Source: Arcobacteraceae bacterium (GTDB lineage: Bacteria > Campylobacterota > Campylobacteria > Campylobacterales > Arcobacteraceae). From it: 64,000 nt of DNA. A program made the translations under genes and the position numbers. The stretch lies in the NCBI GenBank assembly GCA_963662945.1, contig OY759974.1, forward strand, positions 576,001 through 640,000, read 5' to 3'. The notes beneath the pieces are model-generated. The model made no database searches and was not told the origin of the DNA. It worked only from the letters and a program-made list of their open reading frames with translations. Positions 51,128 to 63,037 of the stretch are shown here, piece after piece (positions within the stretch are counted from its first letter, which is position 1; each line of letters opens with the position of its first letter).

Positions 51128-51141
51128 TTGACAAAGGTCAA
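51128..51141 (+). promoter_or_regulatory. FNR/Nss-type box
   Basis: TTGACAAAGGTCAA; 22 nt before TAAAAT (51164-51169). Confidence 0.75.
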
Positions 51142-51195
51142 AGATTTAAATTTTAATTTAGTATAAAATTAGACAAATTAAAAAAAGGAAAGAAA

Positions 51196-51489
51196 ATGAA
51201 AAAAATAATTTCAATTGGTTTATTATTAGGGTTTGCTTCAACTATGGCATTAGCAGATGGAGCAACAGTATATAAAAAATGTGTTGCATGTCATGGGGCA
51301 AATGGGGAAAAAGTTGCTTTGGGAAAAAGCAAAATTATCAAAGATATGACAAAGGCTGATATAGAAAGCTCACTTTTAGGATATAAAAATGGAACATACG
51401 GTGGTGCTATGAAAGGTCTTATGGCTGGACAAGTAAAATCATTAAGTGTTGCTGATATTAAAGATATTGCAAATTTAATAGGAAAATAA
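51196..51489 (+). CDS. Cytochrome c553-like
   Basis: Signal peptide, CVACHG, YGGAMKGLM. Confidence 0.9.
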   Translation: MKKIISIGLLLGFASTMALADGATVYKKCVACHGANGEKVALGKSKIIKDMTKADIESSLLGYKNGTYGGAMKGLMAGQVKSLSVADIKDIANLIGK

Positions 51490-51638
51490 CTCCTATTTAT
51501 TCACGTCTCACATCTTCTAAAGTTGTATTTTTAAATGTGTTAAAATATACTCTTTAGAAGATGCCTACTTGAGTTGTAACTCAATCTGTACTTTATTCTT
51601 TTAAGATATAATCAACTATAAAGTTAGGAGTTATTCTA

Positions 51639-53918
51639 GTGTTCCAAAATTTTTCTATAAAACAATCTTATACACTAATATTTATCATCCTTATTTTTTG
51701 GGCAAGTATAGCATACTATACAATGAATACTCTTATTAATTCGCAAAGTTACTATGCAAAACTTATAAACTTAAGTGGTAAACAAAGAATGCTTTCACAG
51801 AAAAGTGCTTTTCTAGCTTCAAAATATATCCAGCAATCATCTAAAGATTATTTAATATTAATCGAAGAAACTATTAAAGAACTAGAACAAAATCACTTTT
51901 ATATCACAGAAAATCTTTCACAAGAAGCACAAAATTTTTACTTTAAAGAACCTGTAAAGTTAGACACTAAAGTTACAAGCTATATAAACTTGCTCAAACA
52001 GTTTCACTCAAATGCGACATCTACTTTGGAAATAGCTATCTTTGAAAATTCCCAAACACTTCTGATGCATTTGGATAAAGCTGTAGCCATATTTCAAAAA
52101 GAAAGTGAAACAAAAACAAAAAATCTTCAACAAAGAGAGTTCCTAATATTTTTAGGAACTATTCTTACTATTTTGATAGAAGCACATTTTTTTGCACGGC
52201 CTGTTATTGAAAAAATGAAACTTAAATTTCAAGATTTTTATGACAAATTAAAACAAAAAGACAACCTTATAGACTTACAAACAAAGTTTTTCCAAAATGC
52301 TCATGAGGGTATAGTAATAACAAATAAAGATAACAATATCATTGATTTAAACAAAGCTTTTGAAACTGTCACAGGATTTACTAAAAATGAGCTTTTAGGA
52401 AAAAATCCCTCTATTTTAAAATCAGGGGAACACAATGAAGATTTTTATAATACCATGTGGAAAAGTCTCAATGAAAAAGGATACTATAGAGGGGAAGTAA
52501 TCAATAGAAAGAAAAATGGAGAAAAATATGTACAAAATGTATCTATCTTTGCCCTTAATGATGAAAACCAAAATCTTTTAAACTACTTTGCTTTGGTTTC
52601 AGACATCACAGAAAGCTATCTAACACAAAAACAACTCTATAGTCTTGCCAATTACGATACACTAACTAATATTTACAATCGCCACTCTTTTTATGAAAAA
52701 TTAAAACTTTTTATAGATGAGCACAAAAGAAATGGTAAAAAATTTGCATTAATATATATAGATTTAGATGATTTTAAAAATATAAACGATACTTTAGGGC
52801 ATGATTATGGCGATATCTATCTTGTAAAATTTACACAAATTTTACAAGAGGCAATAAGAAAAAATGATATTATAGCAAGAATTGGTGGTGATGAGTTTAT
52901 GGTTATACTCAATGGTTTAGAATCAAGCGAATCTGTACCTCATTTTTTTAAAAGACTATTCTCTTACATACAAAATCCTATTATGATGAAAGGCCTCACA
53001 CATGATATTAAAGCTAGCTTTGGTATTAGTGTATTTCCAGATGATGGAACAAATTCACATCAATTAGTCAAATATGCAGACCTTGCCTTGTATGAATCAA
53101 AAAAAAATGGAAAGAATCAATACACTTTTTATAATATTGATTTTGAACAAAAGCTTTTAGAGGAACTACAACTAGAAAAAGATATTCAAAAAGGACTTCA
53201 AAACAATGAATTTATATTGTTTATGCAGCCAAAAGTTGATTTAAAAAGTGGTAAAACTGCAGGGGTTGAGATGTTAATACGATGGGAAAAAAATGGAAAA
53301 CTTATTTTCCCTGATAACTTTATCCCATTTTGTGAAAAAAGTGATTTAATCGTAGATATTGGAAATGAAGTCTTTAATCAAGTTATTTCAGTCATGAAAA
53401 GATGGGACAAAATTGAAAAATTGAAAAATCTTAATATCTCTTTTAATCTTTCTGCAAAACAAATTCAAAATCAACAGTTTAAAGAAAAAATCTTAGAAAA
53501 TAAAGATTTTTTACTTTCTAAAAAATCTATTTTAATTGCAGAGATTACAGAACACTCTATTGTAGAAGACTTTGAAAATATGCAAAATTTTTTAGGGTTT
53601 TTAAAAGAGTGCAATATTAAAATTGCTCTTGATGATTTTGGTACAGGATATTCATCTTTACAGTATCTCAAAGTTTTACCTATTGATTATCTAAAAATTG
53701 ATAAGGAGTTTACTTTTAATATTTTAAAAAATCCAAAAGATAAAGCTATAACCAAAACGATTATAGACCTTGCGAAAAATCTTGAACTTGAAATTATCGT
53801 AGAAGGGGTTGAAACAAACGAACATGTAGAGTTTTTTGTGCAAAATAACTGTAAATATGCCCAAGGGTATTTCTACTCAAAGGCTATTCCAGTTCAAGAA
53901 TTAGAAACAAAAATTTGA
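51639..53918 (+). CDS. NarX-like sensor-PAS-GGDEF-EAL c-di-GMP enzyme
   Basis: INLSGKQRMLSQK, PAS (NKAFE.VTG), RIGGDEF, EML and DDFGTGYSS motifs. Confidence 0.88.
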   Translation: MFQNFSIKQSYTLIFIILIFWASIAYYTMNTLINSQSYYAKLINLSGKQRMLSQKSAFLASKYIQQSSKDYLILIEETIKELEQNHFYITENLSQEAQNFYFKEPVKLDTKVTSYINLLKQFHSNATSTLEIAIFENSQTLLMHLDKAVAIFQKESETKTKNLQQREFLIFLGTILTILIEAHFFARPVIEKMKLKFQDFYDKLKQKDNLIDLQTKFFQNAHEGIVITNKDNNIIDLNKAFETVTGFTKNELLGKNPSILKSGEHNEDFYNTMWKSLNEKGYYRGEVINRKKNGEKYVQNVSIFALNDENQNLLNYFALVSDITESYLTQKQLYSLANYDTLTNIYNRHSFYEKLKLFIDEHKRNGKKFALIYIDLDDFKNINDTLGHDYGDIYLVKFTQILQEAIRKNDIIARIGGDEFMVILNGLESSESVPHFFKRLFSYIQNPIMMKGLTHDIKASFGISVFPDDGTNSHQLVKYADLALYESKKNGKNQYTFYNIDFEQKLLEELQLEKDIQKGLQNNEFILFMQPKVDLKSGKTAGVEMLIRWEKNGKLIFPDNFIPFCEKSDLIVDIGNEVFNQVISVMKRWDKIEKLKNLNISFNLSAKQIQNQQFKEKILENKDFLLSKKSILIAEITEHSIVEDFENMQNFLGFLKECNIKIALDDFGTGYSSLQYLKVLPIDYLKIDKEFTFNILKNPKDKAITKTIIDLAKNLELEIIVEGVETNEHVEFFVQNNCKYAQGYFYSKAIPVQELETKI

Positions 53919-53931
53919 TAAATAAAGATTT

Positions 53932-53959
53932 AAAGCCTCAATGAATTTTGAGGCTTTTT
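53932..53959. terminator. Bidirectional terminator between convergent genes
   Basis: AAAGCCTCAA / TTGAGGCTTTTT stem. Confidence 0.8.
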
Positions 53960-53975
53960 GATAAATGTGCTTGTA

Positions 53976-56204
53976 TTAAAACTTTTTACTAGAAGATTCT
54001 TCTACAATAGTTTGAGCTATTGAAGCTACTTGATTAGCCACACTTGATGTTTGATTGGCAATAGCAGCATTTTGTTGGGTTTGTCTATCTATGGAGTTAA
54101 CAGCATCATTAATTTGTTCAATTCCAGCTCTTTGCTCTTTACTAGCAGATTCTACACTTTTTATTATCTCTATGGTTTGAGTAATATTCACATTGAGATT
54201 TTCATATCCTTGTATCATCTCATTTGAAATATTTTTTCCATCATGTGCTTTTTGGAGTGCATTATCAACAAGTACTTTAATCTCATGAGCAGCTTCAGCA
54301 CTTCTTGAAGCTAGATTTCTAACCTCTTGTGCTACTACAGCGAATCCTTTCCCAGCTTCTCCAGCAGTTGCGGCCTCTACTGCTGCATTGAGACTTAATA
54401 TATTGGTTTGGAAAGCTATCTGATCAATTATCCCTATTGCTTCATCAATAGATTTTACCTGTAAATCAATCTCATCCATAGCTTTTGTAGTATCTTTTGC
54501 TAAGTTTGCTCCTTTTGTAGAAGCTTCTGTAACACTATTAGCCAAATTTGCCATTTGAATAATATTATTCGTAGTATTTGAGATATTTGAAGTTATCTCT
54601 TCAAGTGCTGCTGCTGTTTCTTCCAAAGATGCAGCTGATTGATTTGAATTGTGACTAAGGGTATTAACATCTTCTAAAAGTTTGTCACTACTGTTTTGAA
54701 GAGTATTGCCATTTTTTATATTTTGAGTAAGCATACCCACTATAGAGTCTCTTAAGCTATTAATTCCCTCTATTAGCTCTTTGTATTCCCCTGTCATTTT
54801 TGTATCAAGAGTAATTGTTTGACGATAATCATACGATGCATATTGACTCAACACTTTCAAAATATCTTGAAACACTTTTTGTTGTGTATCCATCGTTTGA
54901 TTAACAATATTAACAAATGTTTGTACTTGTGGACTTGAAGCTGGATTTTGAATTCTAAAAGAAAGATCTCCATCTTGCATTTTATTTAATGTTAATATAG
55001 TTTCTCCAGCACACAACATGTCTAGTTCTGTTGCTTCATTCACTACAAGAACATTTTGGTTTATCATCTTAGCAAGTGTACAAAATTCATCTTTTCCCTC
55101 AAGATTTATAGGGTCAAACTCATTATTTTTTCTTTCCAAATAGGAAACAAATCCTAACACTCCACCATAAATCTCTTTGGTGGATGAAGTGATATTCAAA
55201 TAGATAAAATGAGCAAGTGCATTTACAATAAGCACTAAAATGCTTAACAAAATTGTAAAAAAGTAAAAATTTGAATTTTTATTTTCTAATTCGGTAGAAG
55301 CAGTATCAAGTAAAATGTTTCCCAAAGAATCGTCAACTTTTTTAAGTAAATTTATCTTTTGAGTCATAAGATCAAACCAATACACAGCATCAGTAGAAAA
55401 TTGCTTATTCAATATTTCATCCTCTACTGCTTGAATTTTTTGAAAAAGATTCTTATCAATATTAGTTTGAAAAATATTTTTATTTACACTATCACCCAAT
55501 GATATAAATTGGTTCAAATAATTTTCTTGCAATACTTTAAGTGAAATAAACTTTTGAATTAAATTTTCATTCTTACTTACAAGAATTGTTGCACCTACAG
55601 CTCTTTGGATACCTGCCTTCTCTTTGGACATCAAAAAACTATAATATGCTAATATATCTCTTGAAAGTTTTGGAGATTGCATTTCATTTGCAGTTGAAGG
55701 TAAAATACTCAATAAGCCATTATTTATAGAGGTATAATAACCCAATGCCTCATTTAAAGAGCTTTGGAAGTTTGAAATTTTCTTTCTCATATTTTGTAAA
55801 GATTTCAGTTTTTGCTCTACATTAGAGATAGTTTCTTGAGTACTTTGATGAAAGATATCTTTAGAAAGTGAATTGTAAAATTTTTCAAATTCTTCTAATT
55901 TAGTGTTTGTAAGGGCTCTTTGAGATTGAAGTGATTCTGCAAATTTTTTTCCATCACTTCCTATAAATCCAGCAGTCAATCCTCTCTCTTTTTGAGTTTC
56001 ATGAATAAGAAGAGATATCTTTGATGATAGTTGCATAAAGTAAGTAATCTTTTCATACTCTTTTTTCTCTTGATAAACTTCCTTTACATACAATAAACTT
56101 AGTAAAACCATAATTGTTATGGGAATAAAAACCAAAAGAATTAATTTTGTACGAACATTGAAACTTCTTAAAAATATTGGATAATAGTGAATCAAATTTT
56201 TCAT
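53976..56204 (-). CDS. Methyl-accepting chemotaxis protein with NIT (nitrate/nitrite-sensing) domain
   Basis: [10 protein letters not shown] and [12 protein letters not shown] motifs; [30 protein letters not shown] signalling tip. Confidence 0.9.
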   Translation of the reverse strand: MKNLIHYYPIFLRSFNVRTKLILLVFIPITIMVLLSLLYVKEVYQEKKEYEKITYFMQLSSKISLLIHETQKERGLTAGFIGSDGKKFAESLQSQRALTNTKLEEFEKFYNSLSKDIFHQSTQETISNVEQKLKSLQNMRKKISNFQSSLNEALGYYTSINNGLLSILPSTANEMQSPKLSRDILAYYSFLMSKEKAGIQRAVGATILVSKNENLIQKFISLKVLQENYLNQFISLGDSVNKNIFQTNIDKNLFQKIQAVEDEILNKQFSTDAVYWFDLMTQKINLLKKVDDSLGNILLDTASTELENKNSNFYFFTILLSILVLIVNALAHFIYLNITSSTKEIYGGVLGFVSYLERKNNEFDPINLEGKDEFCTLAKMINQNVLVVNEATELDMLCAGETILTLNKMQDGDLSFRIQNPASSPQVQTFVNIVNQTMDTQQKVFQDILKVLSQYASYDYRQTITLDTKMTGEYKELIEGINSLRDSIVGMLTQNIKNGNTLQNSSDKLLEDVNTLSHNSNQSAASLEETAAALEEITSNISNTTNNIIQMANLANSVTEASTKGANLAKDTTKAMDEIDLQVKSIDEAIGIIDQIAFQTNILSLNAAVEAATAGEAGKGFAVVAQEVRNLASRSAEAAHEIKVLVDNALQKAHDGKNISNEMIQGYENLNVNITQTIEIIKSVESASKEQRAGIEQINDAVNSIDRQTQQNAAIANQTSSVANQVASIAQTIVEESSSKKF

Positions 56205-56623
56205 ACTTTCATCTCCTCTTGTCTCATTTTCTTATATAGAATTTCATATTTTTCCACCTCTTTTCTTGAAGCTCTTCTTCTACAAGAGATATATCCCCTA
56301 CCTCCGTTTGATGAAGTAAAAGGAAAAACTGTAGCAAATACCCAATAATATTTTCCATCCTTTGTTTTGTTTTTCACAAAACCTCTCCACCTCTTGTTAC
56401 TTTGTACCGCTTTCCACAAATCTTCAAAAGCTGCTTTTGGCATATCTGGATGTCGCACAATATTATGAGGCTTGCCGATAAGTTCTTCAAGGCTATACCC
56501 AGCAAAATGGCAAAACTCATCATTTGCAAATAAAATAATCCCTCTTTCATCTGTCTCTGATACTAGAAAAGATTTATCATCTAAAATTAATTCATTACCT
56601 TGAATATCCATAATAAACTCCAT
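56201..56623 (-). CDS. Stand-alone PAS protein (Aer/CetB-like)
   Basis: [19 protein letters not shown] and KN.TKDG.YYWV motifs; coupled to the MCP gene. Confidence 0.85.
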   Translation of the reverse strand: MEFIMDIQGNELILDDKSFLVSETDERGIILFANDEFCHFAGYSLEELIGKPHNIVRHPDMPKAAFEDLWKAVQSNKRWRGFVKNKTKDGKYYWVFATVFPFTSSNGGRGYISCRRRASRKEVEKYEILYKKMRQEEMKV

Positions 56624-56667
56624 ATTATATAGTAAAAATAGGTTATCATATTTGAAGAGATTTTTTT

Positions 56668-56681
56668 TTGATATAAGTCAA
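56668..56681 (-). promoter_or_regulatory. FNR/Nss-type box
   Basis: TTGATATAAGTCAA; 22 nt from minus-strand TGaTAACCT (-10 at 56640-56645). Confidence 0.7.
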
Positions 56682-56712
56682 TAATTTTATAATTTATTTT
56701 TATACAAAAAAT

Positions 56713-56955
56713 TTAGTAATAATTTAAAGCTATAAAAAGTATCACTACAACCAACCAAAGTATAGGAATAATACGATACTTCAATGATACAGCTTTTAAA
56801 CCCATAAAATGTTCAATCACTAGATAAGCTTTTATGAAAGTAGTAATAAGTAGTATTGCTACAAAAAAATCACTTACTATCTCAAACCAACCCAAAACAA
56901 ATGCAAAAGTGGAAAATAGTAGTAATACTATCCAAATTTTTGTGATTTTGTCCAT
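56713..56955 (-). CDS. NorF-like / cytochrome c oxidase subunit IV-family membrane protein
   Basis: W..LL..S, K..LV..HFMGLK; start moved to ATG 56955. Confidence 0.7.
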   Translation of the reverse strand: MDKITKIWIVLLLFSTFAFVLGWFEIVSDFFVAILLITTFIKAYLVIEHFMGLKAVSLKYRIIPILWLVVVILFIALNYY

Positions 56956-56966
56956 ACTATAATCAC

Positions 56967-57548
56967 TTACCTTATGATATAAAGCAATGGAAATAAAACA
57001 ATCCAAAGTAAATCAACCATATGCCAATAAGAAGCTCCAGATTCTAACCCTCTATGCTCTTGTGTGGTATAAAGACCCGCTTTTGTATTGATATACAAAT
57101 TGTACAAAATAATCATCCCTAAAATCACATGCAAAAAATGAAACACCGTCAAGATAAAATAAAACATAAAAAAAGTATTGGTGCTTAAGTTAATTCCACT
57201 AGCATATTTATCACTTAACTCAAAAAGCTTTATCACTAAAAAAATAGCTCCGCTCCCCATAGCTGTCAAAAGATAATAAGAAGCTTTTTGGAAAACCTCT
57301 TGGGTATTTATTGTTTTGATTTTGTTAACTGCCTTCACCACAAAATAGCTACTAGAGATAAGCAAAACAGTATTGACAAACCCAAACCTTTGATCTAATA
57401 AAAGCTGTGAACTATTAAAAATCTCAAGCTCTTTTTGTCTTGAAAAGGCAAAGCCTATAAAAAATAGTCCAAAGGTCAGTAGCTCAATATAGATAATAAT
57501 CCATACACCAAAATCGCCAGGTGGGTAAAGTAGTTTTTCTTTTTTCAT
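56967..57548 (-). CDS. norE: NorE (cytochrome c oxidase subunit III family)
   Basis: PPGD.GVW, NT.LL.SSS, FH..HV..G and YWHMVDLLW motifs; divergent from norC. Confidence 0.85.
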   Translation of the reverse strand: MKKEKLLYPPGDFGVWIIIYIELLTFGLFFIGFAFSRQKELEIFNSSQLLLDQRFGFVNTVLLISSSYFVVKAVNKIKTINTQEVFQKASYYLLTAMGSGAIFLVIKLFELSDKYASGINLSTNTFFMFYFILTVFHFLHVILGMIILYNLYINTKAGLYTTQEHRGLESGASYWHMVDLLWIVLFPLLYIIR

Positions 57549-57576
57549 AGTGAAAGTTTATAGGAAGTTTTATTAA

Positions 57577-57643
57577 ATACTACTTTAAAGTAGAATTAAA
57601 AATAAATAAGCTATAGTTTCATATACTACTTTAAAGTAGAATT
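57577..57643. promoter_or_regulatory. Two identical 21-bp operator sites ATACTACTTTAAAGTAGAATT (57577-57597, 57623-57643)
   Basis: Each contains the perfect palindrome CTACTTTAAAGTAG; between divergent norE and norC. Confidence 0.8.
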
Positions 57644-57660
57644 TATAAAAGGGGTTATTT

Positions 57661-59486
<1,826 letters not shown>

Positions 59487-59489
59487 ATT

Positions 59490-61286
59490 ATGCTTAGCTA
59501 TTTTTTGGAGTTTGAAGAGAGTATCGGGAAAGCTTGGGATAAAATTTTGAAAAAAAAAGTTCATAAGTTTTATGAAGAGCAACGGGTAAACCTTGCAGAG
59601 ATCTCCAAAAATCTTACCATTTTTCATCACCTTTTAGGTGGTGAAAAAGCTAAAGATATAAAAGCTACAGATAAAAGAATACTTCAAACCAAAAGAACGA
59701 TACTAGAAAAAATCTCTTTTTTAGGATATGAGTTTTATCTTCCATGGCAAGATGAAAAATCTTTGTATTTGCCACCCTCATTTGCCTATTTTCCAAAAAA
59801 AGAGGATAATGAGATGTTGTATTATTGGCTTGTAGCTATGATGAGTCAAATTGATTGTCAAGATTCAAATATGATAGAGCAAAATATCAATATAAGTGAA
59901 AAGTTGCAAAAACACTACGCTGGATTTGAACAGTTTTATGCTTACGCAAAAGAATTTTTAAGTACGCAGTTTGAACAATTAGATTTTATTAAGTCTTTAG
60001 AAAAGATAGATTATAAAGATTTAATAAAACACTATCCAAACCCTTTATGGGTCTATCCTACTCCTTTTTCAAAACAGAATAACCATAAACAGACAAGCGA
60101 AGAGGAAGAGCTACAAAGGGGAAACGACAAAGAAAAAAAAGATTCATTGGAAATGAAAAAGAAAGCTAATCAAACAACTCAAAAAAATGAAACAGATGGT
60201 TTTTTGGCTTTTTTACCAGAATCTTTGATGAGTATTTTTGAACAAGTCAATGTTGATAGGATGGAAGATGATAGTTTTGATGAAAATGCTTTGTATCATG
60301 CCCAAGATTTAGATGAGATTACTATTGGGAAAAAAGAGGCGAATCTTTCTTCAAGAATAAAATTAGATTTGGATTTAGTTCCAGATACAAAAGAGATATA
60401 TCCATTAGGTAAAGGGCATTTTATCGATGAGTGGGATTATAGAAAAGAGAGCTATCTTAAAAATTATGTGTGTATCAAACCACAAGTTACTATCAATGTT
60501 ACCCCTATAGAACTTCCCATAAGACTTAAAAAAGAGGTGCAAAAAATCCAAAGAGCCTTGGATATATTAGCTCTTGATAGAATCAAAAATGATAGATTAC
60601 CTTATGGGGATGAGCTGAATATTGATACTTGGATAGATTACAAAGGGCATCAGAACAAATCACTACACCATCAAAACTTTTACACCTCATTTGAGAAAAA
60701 AACAAGAGATATGGCGACACTTATTTTGGCAGATGTTTCACTCTCTACTGAGGGTGGTATCACTCAAGAGTTGCGAATAATCGATGTCATCAAAGATGGT
60801 TTGATGGTGTTTAGCCAAGCTTTGGAAAAACTGCAAGATAGATTTGCTATCTATTCTTTTTCATCATTGCAAAACAAAAAAGTTTATTTTACTATTATCA
60901 AAAACTTTAAAGACAAATACAATGACCTTATCCGTGGACGAATTGATGCTATGCAACCATTTTATTATACAAGATTGGGTGCAGCTATTAGAGAGTCCTC
61001 TAAGATTTTAGAAAAGCAACCCGCAAGCAATAAGCTACTTCTTATAATAAGTGATGGAAAACCAAATGATGAAGATAGATATGATGGAAGATATGGCTTA
61101 GAAGATACAAAAAAAGCAATAGAAGAGGTGAAGAAAAAAGGGATTACCCCTTTTTGTATCACTATTGACCAAGAAGCGAAAGATTACTTACCATTTTTAT
61201 TTGGGAAAAAAGGTTTTGCTATAGTTAAAGATGGAAAAAACCTACCAAAAGTAATACCAGAGATTTATATAAACTTAACAAAGTAA
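59490..61286 (+). CDS. norD: NorD vWA-domain activation protein
   Basis: EWDY, D.SLST, YYTRLGAAIR and SDGKPND..RY.GRYG.EDT motifs. Confidence 0.92.
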   Translation: MLSYFLEFEESIGKAWDKILKKKVHKFYEEQRVNLAEISKNLTIFHHLLGGEKAKDIKATDKRILQTKRTILEKISFLGYEFYLPWQDEKSLYLPPSFAYFPKKEDNEMLYYWLVAMMSQIDCQDSNMIEQNINISEKLQKHYAGFEQFYAYAKEFLSTQFEQLDFIKSLEKIDYKDLIKHYPNPLWVYPTPFSKQNNHKQTSEEEELQRGNDKEKKDSLEMKKKANQTTQKNETDGFLAFLPESLMSIFEQVNVDRMEDDSFDENALYHAQDLDEITIGKKEANLSSRIKLDLDLVPDTKEIYPLGKGHFIDEWDYRKESYLKNYVCIKPQVTINVTPIELPIRLKKEVQKIQRALDILALDRIKNDRLPYGDELNIDTWIDYKGHQNKSLHHQNFYTSFEKKTRDMATLILADVSLSTEGGITQELRIIDVIKDGLMVFSQALEKLQDRFAIYSFSSLQNKKVYFTIIKNFKDKYNDLIRGRIDAMQPFYYTRLGAAIRESSKILEKQPASNKLLLIISDGKPNDEDRYDGRYGLEDTKKAIEEVKKKGITPFCITIDQEAKDYLPFLFGKKGFAIVKDGKNLPKVIPEIYINLTK

Positions 61287-61297
61287 AGGAAAAAAAA

Positions 61298-62074
61298 ATG
61301 GAAAATATATATTATAAACCCCAATCAAATGAAGTGGAACTTTTTGAAGCATCAGCTCATATGAATTTACCAGTTCTTATCAAAGGTCCTACAGGATGTG
61401 GAAAAACAAGATTTATAGAGTATATGGGACAAAAGCTACAAAGAGAAGTTTACACGGTGGTATGTCATGATGATTTAAGTGTAGCAGATTTGGTGGGACG
61501 ACACCTAATAGATGAAAATGGCACTTTTTGGCAAGACGGTCCACTTACAAAAGCTGTACGCAATGGAGGAATTTGTTATCTTGATGAGATAGTGGAAGCT
61601 AGAAAAGACACTACTGTTGTATTGCATTCACTAGCAGATTATAGAAGAATTTTACCCATTGATAGAACTGGTGAACTTATAGTTGCACATCCTGATTTTA
61701 TGTTGGTAGTTTCTTATAACCCTGGGTATCAAAATCTGCTAAAAGGTATGAAACCAAGTACAAAACAAAGATTTATAGCTTTAGAGTTTAACTATCCAAA
61801 AGAGGATATTGAAAAAGAGATTGTAATTAAAGAGAGTGGAGTTGATGAAAATATAGCCTCAAAATTAGTTAAAATAGCAATAGAAATCAGAAATCTTGAT
61901 GATGTAGAGCTAGGTGAAGCTGTATCAACAAGACTTTTAGTATATGCAGCCAAACTTATAGTGCAAGGATTTAACCCTTATGAAGCATGTGTACATTCTA
62001 TTATCTATTCACTCACTGATGAAGATGATCTTATAGAAGTACTTCAAAAGCTTGTAAAATTGTATTTTGTATAA
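61298..62074 (+). CDS. norQ: NorQ MoxR-type AAA+ ATPase
   Basis: KGPTGCGKTRF, YLDEIVEAR, SYNPGYQ and STRLL motifs. Confidence 0.95.
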   Translation: MENIYYKPQSNEVELFEASAHMNLPVLIKGPTGCGKTRFIEYMGQKLQREVYTVVCHDDLSVADLVGRHLIDENGTFWQDGPLTKAVRNGGICYLDEIVEARKDTTVVLHSLADYRRILPIDRTGELIVAHPDFMLVVSYNPGYQNLLKGMKPSTKQRFIALEFNYPKEDIEKEIVIKESGVDENIASKLVKIAIEIRNLDDVELGEAVSTRLLVYAAKLIVQGFNPYEACVHSIIYSLTDEDDLIEVLQKLVKLYFV

Positions 62075-62122
62075 AATTAAATAAGAGTTTTGATAGAATA
62101 ATAAAAAAGTTCAAGGATAAAG

Positions 62123-62518
62123 ATGATACTCTCTACTACTTCACAATATGCTATTAAAGTTTTGATATATATGTCGCAAGATACTTCAAAGCTTTATTCA
62201 GTCAAAGAGCTTTCAAAAATTCTTGAAATACCCTATAAATATCTTTCAAAGATTATGACAAATCTTTCAAAAAAAGAGTTAATTTTAGCTATTCAAGGAA
62301 GATACGGTGGATTTAAACTCTCAAAACAAAAAGAGGATATAAAACTCAAAGATATCCTCAAAGCACTTGAGGATGAGAGTTTTAAAGAGTGTATTTTAGG
62401 AGGAAGAATTTGTGATGGAACCGACAAATGTGGACTTCATGATAGCTGGATAAAACCAAAACAAACAATCCAAAAAAACTTTTTGGAACTGAACCTTGGG
62501 GAGTTAAAAGAAAACTAA
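62123..62518 (+). CDS. Rrf2-family transcriptional regulator with three Cys
   Basis: YAI, IP..YLSKI, G..GGF.L and CILG..IC....KC.LH motifs. Confidence 0.9.
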   Translation: MILSTTSQYAIKVLIYMSQDTSKLYSVKELSKILEIPYKYLSKIMTNLSKKELILAIQGRYGGFKLSKQKEDIKLKDILKALEDESFKECILGGRICDGTDKCGLHDSWIKPKQTIQKNFLELNLGELKEN

Positions 62519-62530
62519 AAAATTTTTATA

Positions 62531-63022
62531 TTATATAAGAAACCTTTTATCAGACCTTGCATAACTTACCTCTTCATAAGACTTTTTCATCCAACCTGAT
62601 TTTGAGGGAGTAATTATTTTATCAAAATTTTCAATATAAGGCTTAATATCAAGTAGCGGTGTACCGTTAAGTACATCAATCCCTTTTACGATTACGATAT
62701 TTTGCTTCACAGTTAGAAGTTCGACAATTGAAAGTCCAATACTATTTGGATGCATAGGAGTTCTTGTAGCAAATACTCCTCTTTTTGTATTTGTATGGTC
62801 GTTAAAAGGAATCACCTCAAGTTCATAGTCTTGAACTTTATGAAAATAGTACATAAGGTACACATGAGAAAAACCATCCAAATCTTTTAGTCCCTTTTCA
62901 TACTCTTTTTTAAAGACAATTTTTCCTATAGATGCATCAGCCCCACAAGGTTGCACAGGCATATTTTCCAAAAATTCAAAAGGGGTATGTATTGTAGCTA
63001 AACTATTCAGTTGAAATTTCAT
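62531..63022 (-). CDS. tsaA: TsaA/TrmO-family SAM-binding methyltransferase
   Basis: GLKDLDGFSH, GVFATR.P.HPN.IGLS and GTPLLDIKPY motifs. Confidence 0.88.
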   Translation of the reverse strand: MKFQLNSLATIHTPFEFLENMPVQPCGADASIGKIVFKKEYEKGLKDLDGFSHVYLMYYFHKVQDYELEVIPFNDHTNTKRGVFATRTPMHPNSIGLSIVELLTVKQNIVIVKGIDVLNGTPLLDIKPYIENFDKIITPSKSGWMKKSYEEVSYARSDKRFLI

Positions 63023-63037
63023 AGTACAAGCTTCACT

